From positions 674,889 through 738,888 of the forward strand of contig CAWHTE010000004.1 of the NCBI GenBank assembly GCA_963832165.1: DNA of 64,000 nt, in the 5' to 3' direction. The stretch is from an uncultured delta proteobacterium (GTDB taxonomy: Bacteria > Myxococcota_A > UBA9160 > SMWR01). The position numbers and the translations under genes are program-made. How positions within the stretch are numbered: the first letter of the stretch is position 1; each line of letters opens with the position of its first letter. The notes under the pieces were generated by a model. It was not told where the DNA came from. It did not search any database and was given only the letters and a program-made list of their open reading frames with translations. Below, piece by piece: positions 10,327 to 20,916 of this stretch.

Positions 10327-11829
10327 TCAGGCGCCGCGCTCGATCTTGACGACGAAGGCGTGCTCGCTCGTCGTTGCGAGGGATTGAGTGCCGCCGGCGG
10401 GCATGGTGATCACGAGCTGACCGAGAAGGTTCCGCTTGTACGCGAGCGGTGCGCCGTTTCCGCCGAGCAGCGTCATGCGCGCGCCCTTCGGCACCGGGAT
10501 CGGCAGCGTCACCGTCATCTGCTTGCCCGGCCAGGCCGTCGACGTCACGTAGAAGACGTCACCCTTCGTGGTGAAGCGCAGGTTGAACTCTTCGGCGAAG
10601 GTCCAGGGCCGGGTGCCGTAGATCGCCTCGCCGTTGAGGGCGAGCCAGCGGCCGACGCCCCGCAGGCGCTCGGCCTGGGCTTCGGGCACGGTGCCGTCGG
10701 CCTTCGGGCCGATGTTCAGCAGGAAGTTCCCGTTCTTCGACACGATGTCGACGAGCGAATCGACGATCTCGTTCGTCGTGAGCCAGTCCGCCTCGGTCTC
10801 CTGCTCGGTGTAGCCGAACGAGCTGCCGAAGCCGCGGGTCGCCTCCCACTTGCGCGCCTGCAGCAGGTTGACCGGCAGATACTCCTTCGTCTGGAAGTCG
10901 AAATGGGTGGTGTCGGTCGGAGCGTCGAGCACGAAATCGCCGCAGCGGTCGTTGACGACGACGCCTTCCGGGTTCGCGGTGGTCGCATGGTTGTAGTACT
11001 CGGCGATCCACTCGTTCGAGCGGTAGTACTGCTGGTTGCCGCCGATGTCGCACCAGAGGACGTACGGGCTGTACTGGTGGATCAGCTCGCGGATCTGCGG
11101 GATCACGTGATCGGTCGCGTAGTCGGCGATCGGCTTGTAGCCGGTGTAGGGCGCCGGCGTGCCCGTGTATGCGTTCTTGGCCTTGCCGCGGAACGCGAGC
11201 AGCTCGATCGCCGCCGTCAGCGGACTCGTCGACAGGCTCGGGTTCGGCGCAGGATTGAAGAACTCGGGGATCGAGTAGTAGAGGCCGGGCTTCACGACAT
11301 CGCCGCGAGCGTGCGAGGCGTCCATGAGCTCGCCGACGAAGTTGCGCCCGGGGCCGTAGTTCACCGTGTGGCGGTCGGTCGTCGCGGTCGGAAACAGCGC
11401 GAGCCCGTCATGGTGCTTCGTGACGAAGACGAAGTAGCGCGCGCCGGCATCCTCGAAGAGGTCGATCCACTCGTTGGCGTCGAAGTTCTCCGCCTGCCAT
11501 TGCGGAATGAAGTCGTCGTAGAGGACGTTCGGACCGTAGGTCGAGAGATGGTGCGACCAGGCCGGAGACAACTTCTGCTGCTGGAAGAACCAGTACCACT
11601 CGGCGTAGCCGATCACCGGTACGCCCTTGGTCGCATAGGCGGGAATCGCCGCGGCGGTCCAGTGGATGAAGATTCCGAACTTGCCGTCCTGGTACCACGC
11701 GGGGACCGGATGCGTTCGCAGCGACGCAAGCGTCGGCTGATACACCGGATCCGCCGCCGCGGTCGCGCCGGTGAGTCCGGCGGCGAAGAGCCAGGACACG
11801 AGCAGCGCAACACCGATCCGGTTCGTCAT
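10327..11829 (-). CDS. Alpha-L-fucosidase (GH29), secreted
   Basis: Signal peptide; PAWYQDGKFGIFIHW, YAEWY, VTKHHDG, LWCD, NGNFLLNIGPKADG. Confidence 0.92.
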   Translation of the reverse strand: MTNRIGVALLVSWLFAAGLTGATAAADPVYQPTLASLRTHPVPAWYQDGKFGIFIHWTAAAIPAYATKGVPVIGYAEWYWFFQQQKLSPAWSHHLSTYGPNVLYDDFIPQWQAENFDANEWIDLFEDAGARYFVFVTKHHDGLALFPTATTDRHTVNYGPGRNFVGELMDASHARGDVVKPGLYYSIPEFFNPAPNPSLSTSPLTAAIELLAFRGKAKNAYTGTPAPYTGYKPIADYATDHVIPQIRELIHQYSPYVLWCDIGGNQQYYRSNEWIAEYYNHATTANPEGVVVNDRCGDFVLDAPTDTTHFDFQTKEYLPVNLLQARKWEATRGFGSSFGYTEQETEADWLTTNEIVDSLVDIVSKNGNFLLNIGPKADGTVPEAQAERLRGVGRWLALNGEAIYGTRPWTFAEEFNLRFTTKGDVFYVTSTAWPGKQMTVTLPIPVPKGARMTLLGGNGAPLAYKRNLLGQLVITMPAGGTQSLATTSEHAFVVKIERGA

Positions 11830-11894
11830 GAGGCCTCCGCCGGGCGCAGCATACGCGAAGCGGGCCGCCCGACGGAGCTAGTTCGCTGAGCTAA

Positions 11895-13463
11895 CTAAGA
11901 CTCGCCGATCACGCCGCCGTCGCGCAGGCGGTGCTTCTGCACCTTGCCCAGCGCGTTGCGCGGCAGCACCTCGACCGCATGCAGCAGGCGCGGCTGCTTG
12001 TAGGGCGCGAGCCGGTCCGCGAGGAACGCGCGCAGCTCGGCGAGATCGGGCGGAGCAGGGCCCTCGACGTAGGCCGTCACCACCTCGCCCCATTCCGGCG
12101 ACGGCGTCCCGACCACCGCGGCGTCCGCGATCGCGGGATGCGCGCGCAGCGCGTCCTCGACCTCGCGCGGGTACACGTTGTAGCCGCCGCTGATGATGAG
12201 CTCCTTCGCGCGGCCCGTGATCCGCAGATAGCCGGCCGGATCGAGCTCGCCGAGATCGCCCGTGCGGAACCAGCCGTCGGGTGTGAACGCCTCCGCGTTG
12301 GCGTCGGGACGCTCCCAGTAGCCCGCGAACACGTTCGGGCCGCGCACCTCGATCTGCGCGGGTGAGCCAGCCCGATGGTCTTCGCTCGCCTTCGGCTCGC
12401 TGCGCGCAACTTGCGTTAGTCGCACCTCGACGCCGGGCAGCGGCAGCCCGACCGTGCCGGGCCGGCGCTCGCCGTCGACGGGGTTCGACACCAGCATCAC
12501 GGTCTCGGTCATGCCGTAGCGCTCGAGTATGCGCTGGCCGCACGCGCGCTCGAACTCCGCGTGTTGGTCCGCGGGCAGTGCGGCCGAGCCCGACACGCAC
12601 AGGCGCAGCGCGCGCAGCGCGTGCGCGTTCCCGGATGCGAGGATCCGGTGGTACATCGTGGGCACGCCGAAGAAGAGCGTTGCACGCGCGCGCGCGATCG
12701 CGCTCGCAACCGCATCCGGGTCGAATTGCGGCAGGAGCCACGCCGACGCGCCCGCATGGAGCGTGCCGTGCAGGCCCACGCCGAGCCCGTGCATGTGGAA
12801 GAGCGGCAGCGCGAGCACGAGGCGATCGTCGGCGGTCCAGCGCCACGCGATCCGCAGCGACTCGGCGCTCGCGAGCAGGTTCGCGTGCGAGAGCACGGCG
12901 CCCTTCGGGCGGCCCGTCGTGCCGGACGTGTAGCCGATCAGCGCGGGCGCATCGGGCGCGGCGGCGTCGAGCGCAGGCGGCTCCGCGTCGGGAAACGCGA
13001 GTGCGGGCGTCGTGCACAGCAGTGCGCGATCGGCCGCGCGCAGCGCGTCGATGCGCGCGGGATCGTCCGCGATCGCGGCGCGCGGGCGCGCATCGCCCAC
13101 GAGGTGGGCGAGCTCGGCCGCGCGATAGGCGGTGTTCGCGGGCACCACGACGAGCCCGAGGCGCAGACACGCGACGTGCGCCACGACGAGATCGAGCGAC
13201 GCCGCGGCCGAAACGAGCACGCGGTCGCCCGCGCGCAGACCCGCGCCGTGGAGGCGGCCGGCCGCGCGCCGGCTCGCCGCGTCGAGCGCGCCGTAGCTCT
13301 GCTCGTCGCCGCGCTCGTCGCAGAGCGCCACGCGGTCGCTCGCGCGCGCGAAGTGACGCGCCCAGCTGCGCGGCAGCGTTCCGGCGCCGCCCGCGGTGGG
13401 ATCGAATGCGGTGCCATCTTCGTAGGGCGGATTAGCGCGAAGGGCGTAATCCGCCAAATCCAA
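11895..13463 (-). CDS. Acyl-CoA synthetase (MatB/malonyl-CoA synthetase-like)
   Basis: YTSGTTGRPKG, ERYGMTET, FRTGDLG, LPRNALGKVQK. Confidence 0.9.
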   Translation of the reverse strand: MDLADYALRANPPYEDGTAFDPTAGGAGTLPRSWARHFARASDRVALCDERGDEQSYGALDAASRRAAGRLHGAGLRAGDRVLVSAAASLDLVVAHVACLRLGLVVVPANTAYRAAELAHLVGDARPRAAIADDPARIDALRAADRALLCTTPALAFPDAEPPALDAAAPDAPALIGYTSGTTGRPKGAVLSHANLLASAESLRIAWRWTADDRLVLALPLFHMHGLGVGLHGTLHAGASAWLLPQFDPDAVASAIARARATLFFGVPTMYHRILASGNAHALRALRLCVSGSAALPADQHAEFERACGQRILERYGMTETVMLVSNPVDGERRPGTVGLPLPGVEVRLTQVARSEPKASEDHRAGSPAQIEVRGPNVFAGYWERPDANAEAFTPDGWFRTGDLGELDPAGYLRITGRAKELIISGGYNVYPREVEDALRAHPAIADAAVVGTPSPEWGEVVTAYVEGPAPPDLAELRAFLADRLAPYKQPRLLHAVEVLPRNALGKVQKHRLRDGGVIGES

Positions 13464-13466
13464 CCG

Positions 13467-14693
13467 TCACGACTCCTCGGCCACTCCGAAATGATCGCAG
13501 TAGAACGCGAAGCGCCGGCGCTCGACGAGCGGGTCGAGCCCCATCTCCTCGAGCGAGTAGTGGTGCACGCCGTGCGCGCCCTGCGGCTTGCGCGCCACGT
13601 AGTCGACCACCGTCTGGCGCAGCGTGGGCGCCATGCGCCAGCCGAGCGCCGCGTAGATCCGCTCGACCGTGCCGCCCGGATCGGCGACCAGATCGGCATA
13701 GCGCACGTCGACGAAGCGCTCGTCGGGGAGCTCGCCGTGCGCGCGCTGCTCGATCTGGCGCCGGTAGATGGTGGCGTAGCCCGCGGCCGTCGCCTCGGCG
13801 CCCGCTGCGGGATCGGACACCTCGCAGCGCATCCACTTGAGCGTGCCCATCAGCGAGAGCGAGGAGGGGATCGTCTTGAGCGGATCGCGGTGGGTCTGGA
13901 TGATGTGCGCCTCGGGGTAGACCGCGAATAGCGCCCGCAGCTGGAAGAGATGGCTCGGCGCCTTGAGCAGCCAGCGTTCAGCGCGCGCGCGCTGCTGCAG
14001 CGTCTGCAGGACGCGCCGGTGATAGCGGTAGGCGGGGCGCTGATCGGCCTTGGCGAGGTAGGTCTGATAGGTGGGGACGTGGTGGCAGCCGCCCCACTGA
14101 TCCGACAGGAACTCGTTCATCGTGATGAAGATGCACTCGTTCGGGAGGTCGCCCGCGTTGGCATGCATCGCCTCGTACTCGGGCTGGAGGTCGTGCCAGA
14201 ACGTGGTCTCGGCATCGCCCACGGCGCGCAGCGCGTCGTTCGCGAGCGCCTCGACCGGATGCAGCATCTCCCACATCACGGGCGCGCGATGCGCGGGGTC
14301 GAGCGCGAGCAGCTCGTGCAGGATCGAGGTTCCCGAGCGCGGGCTCCCGACCACGAACACGGGTGGGTGGATCGGATCGCGCAGGATCTCGGGCCGGCGA
14401 CCCCACAGCTCCGCGAGCTGGAGCCGGTTGCGCAGCGTGCGCAGGATCTCCGCGCGCGCGAGCAGGCGGCCCGCGAGGTGCAGGTGTGCCTCGCGCTCGA
14501 GCGCCGCCACGAGCACGTCGAAGTGCGCGCGCCACTCGTCGCCGCCGAAGTCGTCGAGACCCGTGTCGCGGCGCGCCGTGGTGATCAGCTCGTCCGGATC
14601 GAGCGACACGAGTGCCTTCGCGCCGCCCGCCGCGGGTCCGTGCGCGTTCAGGCGCTGCATCCAGCGCGGTCGCTGCGGCGGCTTCCAGGGCAT
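13467..14693 (-). CDS. Sulfotransferase family protein
   Basis: VVGSPRSGTSILHELL PAPS loop; WLLKAPSHL; THRDP. Confidence 0.88.
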   Translation of the reverse strand: MPWKPPQRPRWMQRLNAHGPAAGGAKALVSLDPDELITTARRDTGLDDFGGDEWRAHFDVLVAALEREAHLHLAGRLLARAEILRTLRNRLQLAELWGRRPEILRDPIHPPVFVVGSPRSGTSILHELLALDPAHRAPVMWEMLHPVEALANDALRAVGDAETTFWHDLQPEYEAMHANAGDLPNECIFITMNEFLSDQWGGCHHVPTYQTYLAKADQRPAYRYHRRVLQTLQQRARAERWLLKAPSHLFQLRALFAVYPEAHIIQTHRDPLKTIPSSLSLMGTLKWMRCEVSDPAAGAEATAAGYATIYRRQIEQRAHGELPDERFVDVRYADLVADPGGTVERIYAALGWRMAPTLRQTVVDYVARKPQGAHGVHHYSLEEMGLDPLVERRRFAFYCDHFGVAEES

Positions 14694-14716
14694 CCGATCT
14701 CTCGCGCTAGCGCGGA

Positions 14717-15103
14717 TTACTTGAGGAGCTGAACCAGGATCAGAGTTGCCAGCGACCGCCACGAAGAACGCCGCCGTGCGCAGGTAGGGCACGCGCGATG
14801 TAGATGAACGTATAGCGAGCCGACCCCAGAAGAATAGGGTGGCTCCGAGCGCGGTTGCCCCGTTGGCCTTGCCCGCAACATGGGCGACGAGCACCAGAAT
14901 CGCGAAGAAAGCCAGATTCTCGGTCGTGTTGGCATGCGACCGGATCGCTCTGGAAACCCAGGGGCCACGTCGAGGCCCGTATCGCGATTGCCAAACGCCC
15001 ACGCCACGCCGCCCGGAACACGAGAGCGACCGACGAGATAGATCAGGGGAATCAGCGCCGACCACAAGCCCGTGGCTACGAGCATCCAGAGATCAGTTGT
15101 CAT
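14717..15103 (-). CDS. MAPEG family membrane protein, frameshifted
   Basis: GNRD then RAIRSHANTTENLAFFAILVL and VPYLRT pieces in different frames. Confidence 0.75.
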   Translation of the reverse strand: MTTDLWMLVATGLWSALIPLIYLVGRSRVPGGVAWAFGNRDTGLDVAPGFPERSGRMPTRPRIWLSSRFWCSSPMLRARPTGQPRSEPPYSSGVGSLYVHLHRACPTCARRRSSWRSLATLILVQLLK

Positions 15104-15234
15104 GATGCCTCCCTAGCAAGATCGGACCGCTTCGCGTCACCGCGCGACCTGGGCGCGGGGAGCTCAACGATAGCCACTCAGGCCGGAACTCGGCCTGGAC
15201 GCAAAGGCGAGGTAGGAGCCGCAGCGGTGAGTGA

Positions 15235-15498
15235 TCACGCAAGCAGCGCATCGTGCCATTCTCGGATCGAATAGGACTTGACGAGGCCCTCGAGGGCAAA
15301 GGGGTCCTGGCTGACAAACGCCTCGGCTGCTTCCCGCGTCCGGAAGATCGCCATGTTGCCGCGGTTCTCGAACGGGCCGATGCCGATGACGTCCCCGCGC
15401 GCGATGAACTGATCGACCAGCTCCTTGTGGCGCGGGTAGACCGCCATGATCTGGTCCATCGTCGCACCCGAGGGTTCACCGATCACGACGAATTTCAT
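15235..15498 (-). CDS. YciI-like protein
   Basis: GIGPF..GNMAIF..EAAEAFVSQDPFALEG..YSIREW. Confidence 0.8.
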   Translation of the reverse strand: MKFVVIGEPSGATMDQIMAVYPRHKELVDQFIARGDVIGIGPFENRGNMAIFRTREAAEAFVSQDPFALEGLVKSYSIREWHDALLA

Positions 15499-15522
15499 GG
15501 CTGTCCTCCACGTGGGCTGACG

Positions 15523-16580
15523 TCAGCCCGCACTCGATCTACGGCGCGACCGGAGGGCGATAGTGCCGGCGAAAGCGATCCCGAGCAGCAGCGCCAGAAG
15601 CGCGGGGTTGGATAGCGCGGGGATGGGTGGCGCCGTGCGCGGAAGCTTCGCCACGCGGAAACCGAGGTCGCTGAACTGGTCCGACGAGTGCATGTCGACG
15701 GGACGGCTGTCCGCGAGCATGGAGCCGAGGCCCCAGAACCACGACCCGCCGCGAATGCCGCGGATGTCCGACTCGGGCACCGTTTCGTTGAACTCCTGCA
15801 CGTTGCCGCCCTGGTCGAACGTGCCGTAGGCGCTCGCGCTGTTCTCGTGGGCCCCGACCTCCGTGCGGTAGTACGGGGCGCCAATCGTGCGATCGCCGAC
15901 GGAGCCGCCGGAGAACGTCGCGTTGTTACCCGGATCGGGATCGATCAGATCGTTGCTGACGTCGGAATTGTGCGCCGGTCGGAGTAGTTGAAGTAGTTCC
16001 CGGTCACGCCGTCGTTCTTGTGATAGGCCGCCTTGTACCACTCGTTCTCCGTCGGGATGACCCAGGTGGCGTCCGGCTCGCGGACGACGTCCTCCAACTC
16101 CTTGTCGCTGGTCATCCCGTTGAGGAAATACGAGCCGTCCTCGGTGGTGGTCAGGTCCTGCGCGCCGGTCGGCTGGCCGTTGTGCAGCCAGTTGGCGAAG
16201 CGGGCCGCGTCGCCCCAGGAGACGAAGTTCACCGGTCGGTTCGCCCAGTCCGGCGCGACACTGTACGTGTAGCTCCCCGGCGAGCCGGTCCGCTCGATCT
16301 TGCAGCCCTCTGCGTGCGTCCACATGTTCACGTGGTAGAGCGCGTAGGTATCGGTCGCCGCCACGGCGTTGAGGAACGCGGCGTACTGACCGGCCGTCAC
16401 CTCGTACTTGCCGATGGCGTACACGTAGTCCACGGCGCCGAAGATGCCTTGGAACGGCTGAGGATCCCCCGCGTTGCCCGGGTTCCCGACGGTGACGGTC
16501 TCGATCACCACCGGCGGCGCTCCCTGAGCCTGCGTGACGCAGACGCCACTCAACACACCCGCCGCCAGCACGATCTTCAA
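15523..16580 (-). CDS. FGE-sulfatase (SUMF1-like) domain surface protein with IPTL-CTERM tail, frameshift near 15980
   Basis: IGKYEVT, PVNFVSW..AARFANWL, PTENEWYKAAY, GTFDQGGNV, GFRVA; PPIPALS + TM + RSRRR. Confidence 0.8.
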
Positions 16581-16597
16581 GGTGTGAAGGGCTACTG

Positions 16598-17053
16598 TTA
16601 GGCGGCGGTGAACGTGCATAGATGGTCCTGGCGGATGACCCCCACGTGGATGAGGCCCTGAGACTCGTGAATCGTGCATCCGATCTGGTACGGCCATCGA
16701 GACCCCACGACGAAGTCGAAACTCGCCCGGTCGGGAACGAAACGGTGAGTTTTCGTAGGGATGCCGATGACGGCCTGAACCTGCGCAAGGGACATTCCGG
16801 ACTGAAGCGGAAGCTGGATCGCGGCTAGAACCCGAGCGCTCAGTGCTTCGGGGAGCTCGCGTAGATCGAGCTCGATGGATCCGAGTGTGTCCGGAGAGGC
16901 TTCAGGGCACAGGAAGGCGGTGAATCCGTCGGCTTCGCCGACCCAGACAGCCCCCATGAACTCCCAGTTGAGCAGCGTGGCGATCCGAGAGGCGTCGGGA
17001 TGGAACTGAGAGAGACGCAAGCGCTCGAAGTGCTCGTAGGGAATCAGTTCCAT
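16598..17053 (-). CDS. Hypothetical cassette-like protein
   Basis: ORF MELIPYEHF..; stop lies within GCCTAAC (R''-type core). Confidence 0.6.
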   Translation of the reverse strand: MELIPYEHFERLRLSQFHPDASRIATLLNWEFMGAVWVGEADGFTAFLCPEASPDTLGSIELDLRELPEALSARVLAAIQLPLQSGMSLAQVQAVIGIPTKTHRFVPDRASFDFVVGSRWPYQIGCTIHESQGLIHVGVIRQDHLCTFTAA

Positions 17054-17099
17054 GGCTCGCGAAGGTCTGTCCACCGCTGCACATTGTATTAAGCACTTG

Positions 17100-17534
17100 C
17101 TAGACGGCGGCCTCTGCGTTCCCGTCGCGTAGCCCATAGAAAAGCAGCCCACAGAGGGCGATGATGGCGATGCCGGCGGTGACGAGTCCGACTCCGATGA
17201 CTCCCTGAAACGGCGTACCCCGAACAGCACCGGCAGCCAGCGGAAGCATCGTGGCACCGGCGCCCCAGATCCCGCCGAGAAGCGGCATCAGCGAGGCAAC
17301 GAAGAAGGAGTAGGGACCGAGCCAGAATGCAAGCCGAGACGCACCCGCTCCCAGCCGGAGGTGGGGCCAGACGAGCCCGAACGCGAGAAGAAAGAGAGCT
17401 CCGACCACCGCATTGACGTGGGCTGCGACGCCGAGGCGAGGCACCGCGAGTGCCGGAATCGCCAGCCCGATGAGGAGACCCACAAACAGCAGCGCGACAC
17501 CAAGTCGCAGGAGGCGGCGATCCGGATCTGTCAC
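17100..17534 (-). CDS. Small multi-TM protein resembling styrene-oxide-isomerase-like family
   Basis: GVALLFVGLLIG..PRLGVAAHVNA..GLVWPHLRL; four hydrophobic segments; RBS GAGGGAG. Confidence 0.55.
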   Translation of the reverse strand: MTDPDRRLLRLGVALLFVGLLIGLAIPALAVPRLGVAAHVNAVVGALFLLAFGLVWPHLRLGAGASRLAFWLGPYSFFVASLMPLLGGIWGAGATMLPLAAGAVRGTPFQGVIGVGLVTAGIAIIALCGLLFYGLRDGNAEAAV

Positions 17535-17587
17535 GGATTTCTCCCTCGTAGTGGAGCGCGCTTGGCTCGGCAGCCGCAGCGCCTTGC

Positions 17588-18216
17588 GCGGCGGATTCGC
17601 GAACCGCGGATTCGAGCTTCGGGAGAAACTCCCGAAGCAGTTCCCGCAAGCTGTCTGACATGGTGACTCGCATCGCCTGCTTGATGAAACCCGCACTCGA
17701 GCCCGTGTACTCGGCATCCGCATCGGTAACGACTCGATCCACGCGTTCTGCCAAGAGGGTCCTCTCGCCTTCTCGGAGCGTGAATTCCAGAGAGGTGATG
17801 CCGGCCACACGGATGAATAGGAAGCCGACCGCCTGGGAGCAAAAGGCGCGAACCCTGCTTTCCAGCGTGAGAGGCGGCGACACCGTGGTCGCAGTATGGA
17901 CCTTTGAGAACAGGCCTGAGTTCTCGATCTCGCGCGCAAGCTCATCTTGAATGATGCGACTTGCTGCGTCACCCCAGAACGTATCGCTTCGACATCCCGT
18001 CCAACGGGTCGAGGCTACGGGCTCACCATAGTGATCTTTCCGAGAGTCAACGGGCAACGGTACATAGAGGACACGGTGATCTCGGTGCTGGGAACGAAAG
18101 CCCGAGTCGGTGTGATGAAAGGTGCCGGCCGCCCCTGGAACCCGGGCCGCACCTCGGTTGCAGGCGACTACCGACATGAGAACGATCGCAGCAATACGGA
18201 CGCACACGATGTTCAT
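17588..18216 (-). CDS. Hypothetical lipoprotein cassette; stop codon apparently lost inside a degraded attC
   Basis: Lipobox-like VVAC; ATG follows GTTAGGCGGC core; 3' end runs into an attC-like left arm. Confidence 0.55.
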
Positions 18217-18368
18217 TGCATTCCGCCGCCTAACTCTTGATGGACTGCGTCCTCCGGGCATCCAACGCCGCGACGAACCGCAGCCGATTGTAATTGCGGG
18301 AAGACGGGGTCGGGAGCTTTCCGTCTGAAACGTCTATCCGCTCCGTGGCCGAGGGGGTAGAGTCGGTT

Positions 18369-19421
18369 GTGCGGTGGCTCCCGGCCCGTCTCCTCGCCGG
18401 CTTCGCGACGCTCGTGGCGTCGGTCGCTTCCGCCAACCCCTGGTCCACGCGCGCGCCGCTGCTCGAGGCGGTGCAGGAGGTCGCGGTCGCCGAACTCGGC
18501 GGCAAGGTCTACGTGGTGGGGGGCCTCCAGGGCACCGCGATCCTGAACCGGGTCGAGGTCTGGGACCCGGTCGCCGATGCCTGGAGCTATGTCGCGACAC
18601 TCCCGATCCCGCTCCACCACACGACGGCGACGGCCGTCGGCGGCAAGCTCTACGTGATCGGGGGCTGGCCCAACTTCTTCGCCACGCCGACCGCCCGCGT
18701 CTTCGCCTACGACCCGGGCGCGAACTCGTGGACGGAGAAGACGTCGATGCCGACTGCGCGCGGCTCGCCGGCGGCCGCCGCCGTGGGCGGGAAGATCTAC
18801 GTCGCGGGCGGCGACCCCGGCGCGACCGACTTCGCCGTCTACGATCCGGTCCTGAATACGTGGCAATCGCTTCCGGCGATGCCAACCGGGCGCCAGCACC
18901 TCGCCGCCGTGGGAATCGGCGGGCGCTTCTACGCGATCGCAGGTCGCACGAGCCTCGGCGCCGGCCAGGACAACGTCGCCGCCTTCGAGGTCTACGACCC
19001 GGGCACGGGCCTGTGGAGCGCCCTTGCCCCGATCCCGACGGCGCGGAGCGGCCTCGCGGCCGCCGTCGCGCACGATCGCTACGCCGTGGTCCTTGGCGGC
19101 GAGGGCAACGACGCGAGCCCGTCCGGCGTCTTCGGCGAGGTCGAGGCCTACGACACCGTCGCGGGTCAGTGGATCGGGCTCACGCCGATGCCGACGCCGC
19201 GGCACGGGATCGGCGCCGCGAGCCTCGGCCGCCGCATCCACGTGCCGGGGGGAGGTCCGCAGGAAGGCTTCGGCCTGAGCGCCGTCCACGAGGTCTACGA
19301 TTCGAGCCAGGAGTTCGTCGCGCCCCCCATTCCTGCGCTCGGGGCGGCGGGCCTGCTCGCGCTCGCCCTGGCACTCGCGGGCGCGGGGCTGCTCGTCGTG
19401 CGCGCGCGGGGCTCGCGCTAG
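18369..19421 (+). CDS. Kelch-repeat protein with IPTL-CTERM tail
   Basis: Repeated GGKxYVxGG...YDP...W; C-terminal PPIPALG + TM + RARGSR. Confidence 0.85.
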   Translation: MRWLPARLLAGFATLVASVASANPWSTRAPLLEAVQEVAVAELGGKVYVVGGLQGTAILNRVEVWDPVADAWSYVATLPIPLHHTTATAVGGKLYVIGGWPNFFATPTARVFAYDPGANSWTEKTSMPTARGSPAAAAVGGKIYVAGGDPGATDFAVYDPVLNTWQSLPAMPTGRQHLAAVGIGGRFYAIAGRTSLGAGQDNVAAFEVYDPGTGLWSALAPIPTARSGLAAAVAHDRYAVVLGGEGNDASPSGVFGEVEAYDTVAGQWIGLTPMPTPRHGIGAASLGRRIHVPGGGPQEGFGLSAVHEVYDSSQEFVAPPIPALGAAGLLALALALAGAGLLVVRARGSR

Positions 19422-19451
19422 GCGAGTATTCAGCAGCTCGCCCCGGCCTCA

Positions 19452-19967
19452 CTAGGCGGCAGGCTCGAGGATGAGGGCCATAGGGAGGGCGTCCACGAAG
19501 GCGCCATCGACCTCGACTGCCCCGCGGCGGCATCCCTCTACCACGAAACCCTTTCGCTCGTAGAGCCGACGCGCTCTGGGATTGTTCGAAAGAACCTCGA
19601 GCTCCAGTCTTCGGATCGATCGATGCTTCGCCCATGTGATCGCGGCGTCTAGAAGTCGAGACCCAATGCCTTGACCTCGGTAGGGCGCGAGCACGGACAT
19701 GCCAAGACTTGCCCCGTGAGCGGTTTGCGGACGCTCGTGGTGCGCCGCTACTCCAAGATTCGCAACGATGCGGTCGCCGATTGTCGCTACGAAGAATTCC
19801 GCGTGCTCCCCTGCGAATTGGCGAATGAAGGCAGTTTCTTCCTCTAGCGTCGGGACGCTGTCGTAGCGGAAGATTGTTGGTAGGCGTTCCGCACGGAGAG
19901 CCGTAACGTAGTCAATGAGTGCGGGTACGTCGCGCTCTCCGGCACTACGGATCGTGATCGTAGGCAT
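19452..19967 (-). CDS. GNAT N-acetyltransferase (cassette gene)
   Basis: GMSVLAPYRGQGIGSRLL, LEVLSNNPRARRLYERKGF. Confidence 0.88.
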   Translation of the reverse strand: MPTITIRSAGERDVPALIDYVTALRAERLPTIFRYDSVPTLEEETAFIRQFAGEHAEFFVATIGDRIVANLGVAAHHERPQTAHGASLGMSVLAPYRGQGIGSRLLDAAITWAKHRSIRRLELEVLSNNPRARRLYERKGFVVEGCRRGAVEVDGAFVDALPMALILEPAA

Positions 19968-19975
19968 TCCCTGTC

Positions 19976-20110
19976 GCATAACGGACCGGCGCTTAGCTGC
20001 GAGCCACAGTGCCTCCGCAGCCGGTTCGAAGCGCCCGAGGTCGATGCGAAACGGTACCATGGATCGATTGGAACGCGCTGTGGCTCGGCAGCTGCAGCGG
20101 CTTGTTGAGC
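19976..20110 (-). other. Integron attC site
   Basis: Minus strand GCTCAAC-AAGCCGCTGCAGCTGCCGAGCCACAG ... CTGTGGCTCGCAGCTAAGCGCCGGTCC-GTTATGC; imperfect palindrome with R''/R' cores. Confidence 0.85.
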
Positions 20111-20154
20111 GGCGGGCCGCTCGACCTGTCTACTACTACGGAGAGATCTGTCGG

Positions 20155-20750
20155 ATGTCGGAATCTGCAGATCAACACCCTCCGATCCGGGCGCCGCTTG
20201 GCGATGTGATGACCGATCGGCTCGAGCTTCGGAAATTCCGCTCGGAGATCTCGATGAGCTGGCGGTAGTGTTCGAGAAGCCCGAGGTCTGGAGGTTTCCG
20301 TACGGGCGGGGCTTCACGCGCGAGGAGACAGCTGCCTTTTTGGAGACGCAACTCGCGGAGTGGAGCACCTGTGGATTCGGGTGCTGGCTCGCTCGGGAAC
20401 GCAAGAGCGATCGAGTCGTCGGCTACGTAGGACTATCCGTTCCGGTCTTTCTTCCTGCGATTCTGCCCGCCGTGGAGGTTGGATGGCGCTTCGATCCCGG
20501 GGTCTGGGGCAGGGGTTATGCGAGCGAAGGTGCACGTGCCGCCCTCGCAGAGGCATTTGCCACACTGGGACTGAGCGAGGTCTGCTCGGTTCCCCAGGCA
20601 GACAATCCGGCGTCGAGCCGAGTCTGCGAGCGTCTTGGGATGCGCTTTGAGCGGGAGGTAGTGATACCAGCCAACGCGCGGCGAGGGATGCTTGCGGGCC
20701 TGCTCTACAAGATGTCGCGAGCTGCATGGTCGGCAGCGGTTCAGGGTTGA
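20155..20750 (+). CDS. RimJ/RimL-type GNAT acetyltransferase, frameshift near 20245, inverted within its cassette
   Basis: TDRLELRKF, VEVGWRF, WGRGYASEGA, NPASSRVCERLGM. Confidence 0.82.
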
Positions 20751-20791
20751 ACCGCTTCTTGCGCTGCGCCTCCACCTCGGTCGTTCCCGCC

Positions 20792-20907
20792 GCCCAACGT
20801 CTGGCCGCTAAGCTGCGGCCGCGCGCGATGCTACCAAGACCCGTGTTGGCTCAGGCCACCCGTCGAACTTGAAGCCCGTGGCCGGCAGCTTCAGCGGCTT
20901 GTTGGAC
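20792..20907 (-). other. Integron attC site
   Basis: Minus strand GTCCAAC-AAGCCGCTGAAGCTGCCGGCC ... GGCCGCAGCTTAGCGGCCAGAC-GTTGGGC, 9 nt after the FAD oxidoreductase stop. Confidence 0.85.
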
Positions 20908-20916
20908 GGCGCCACA

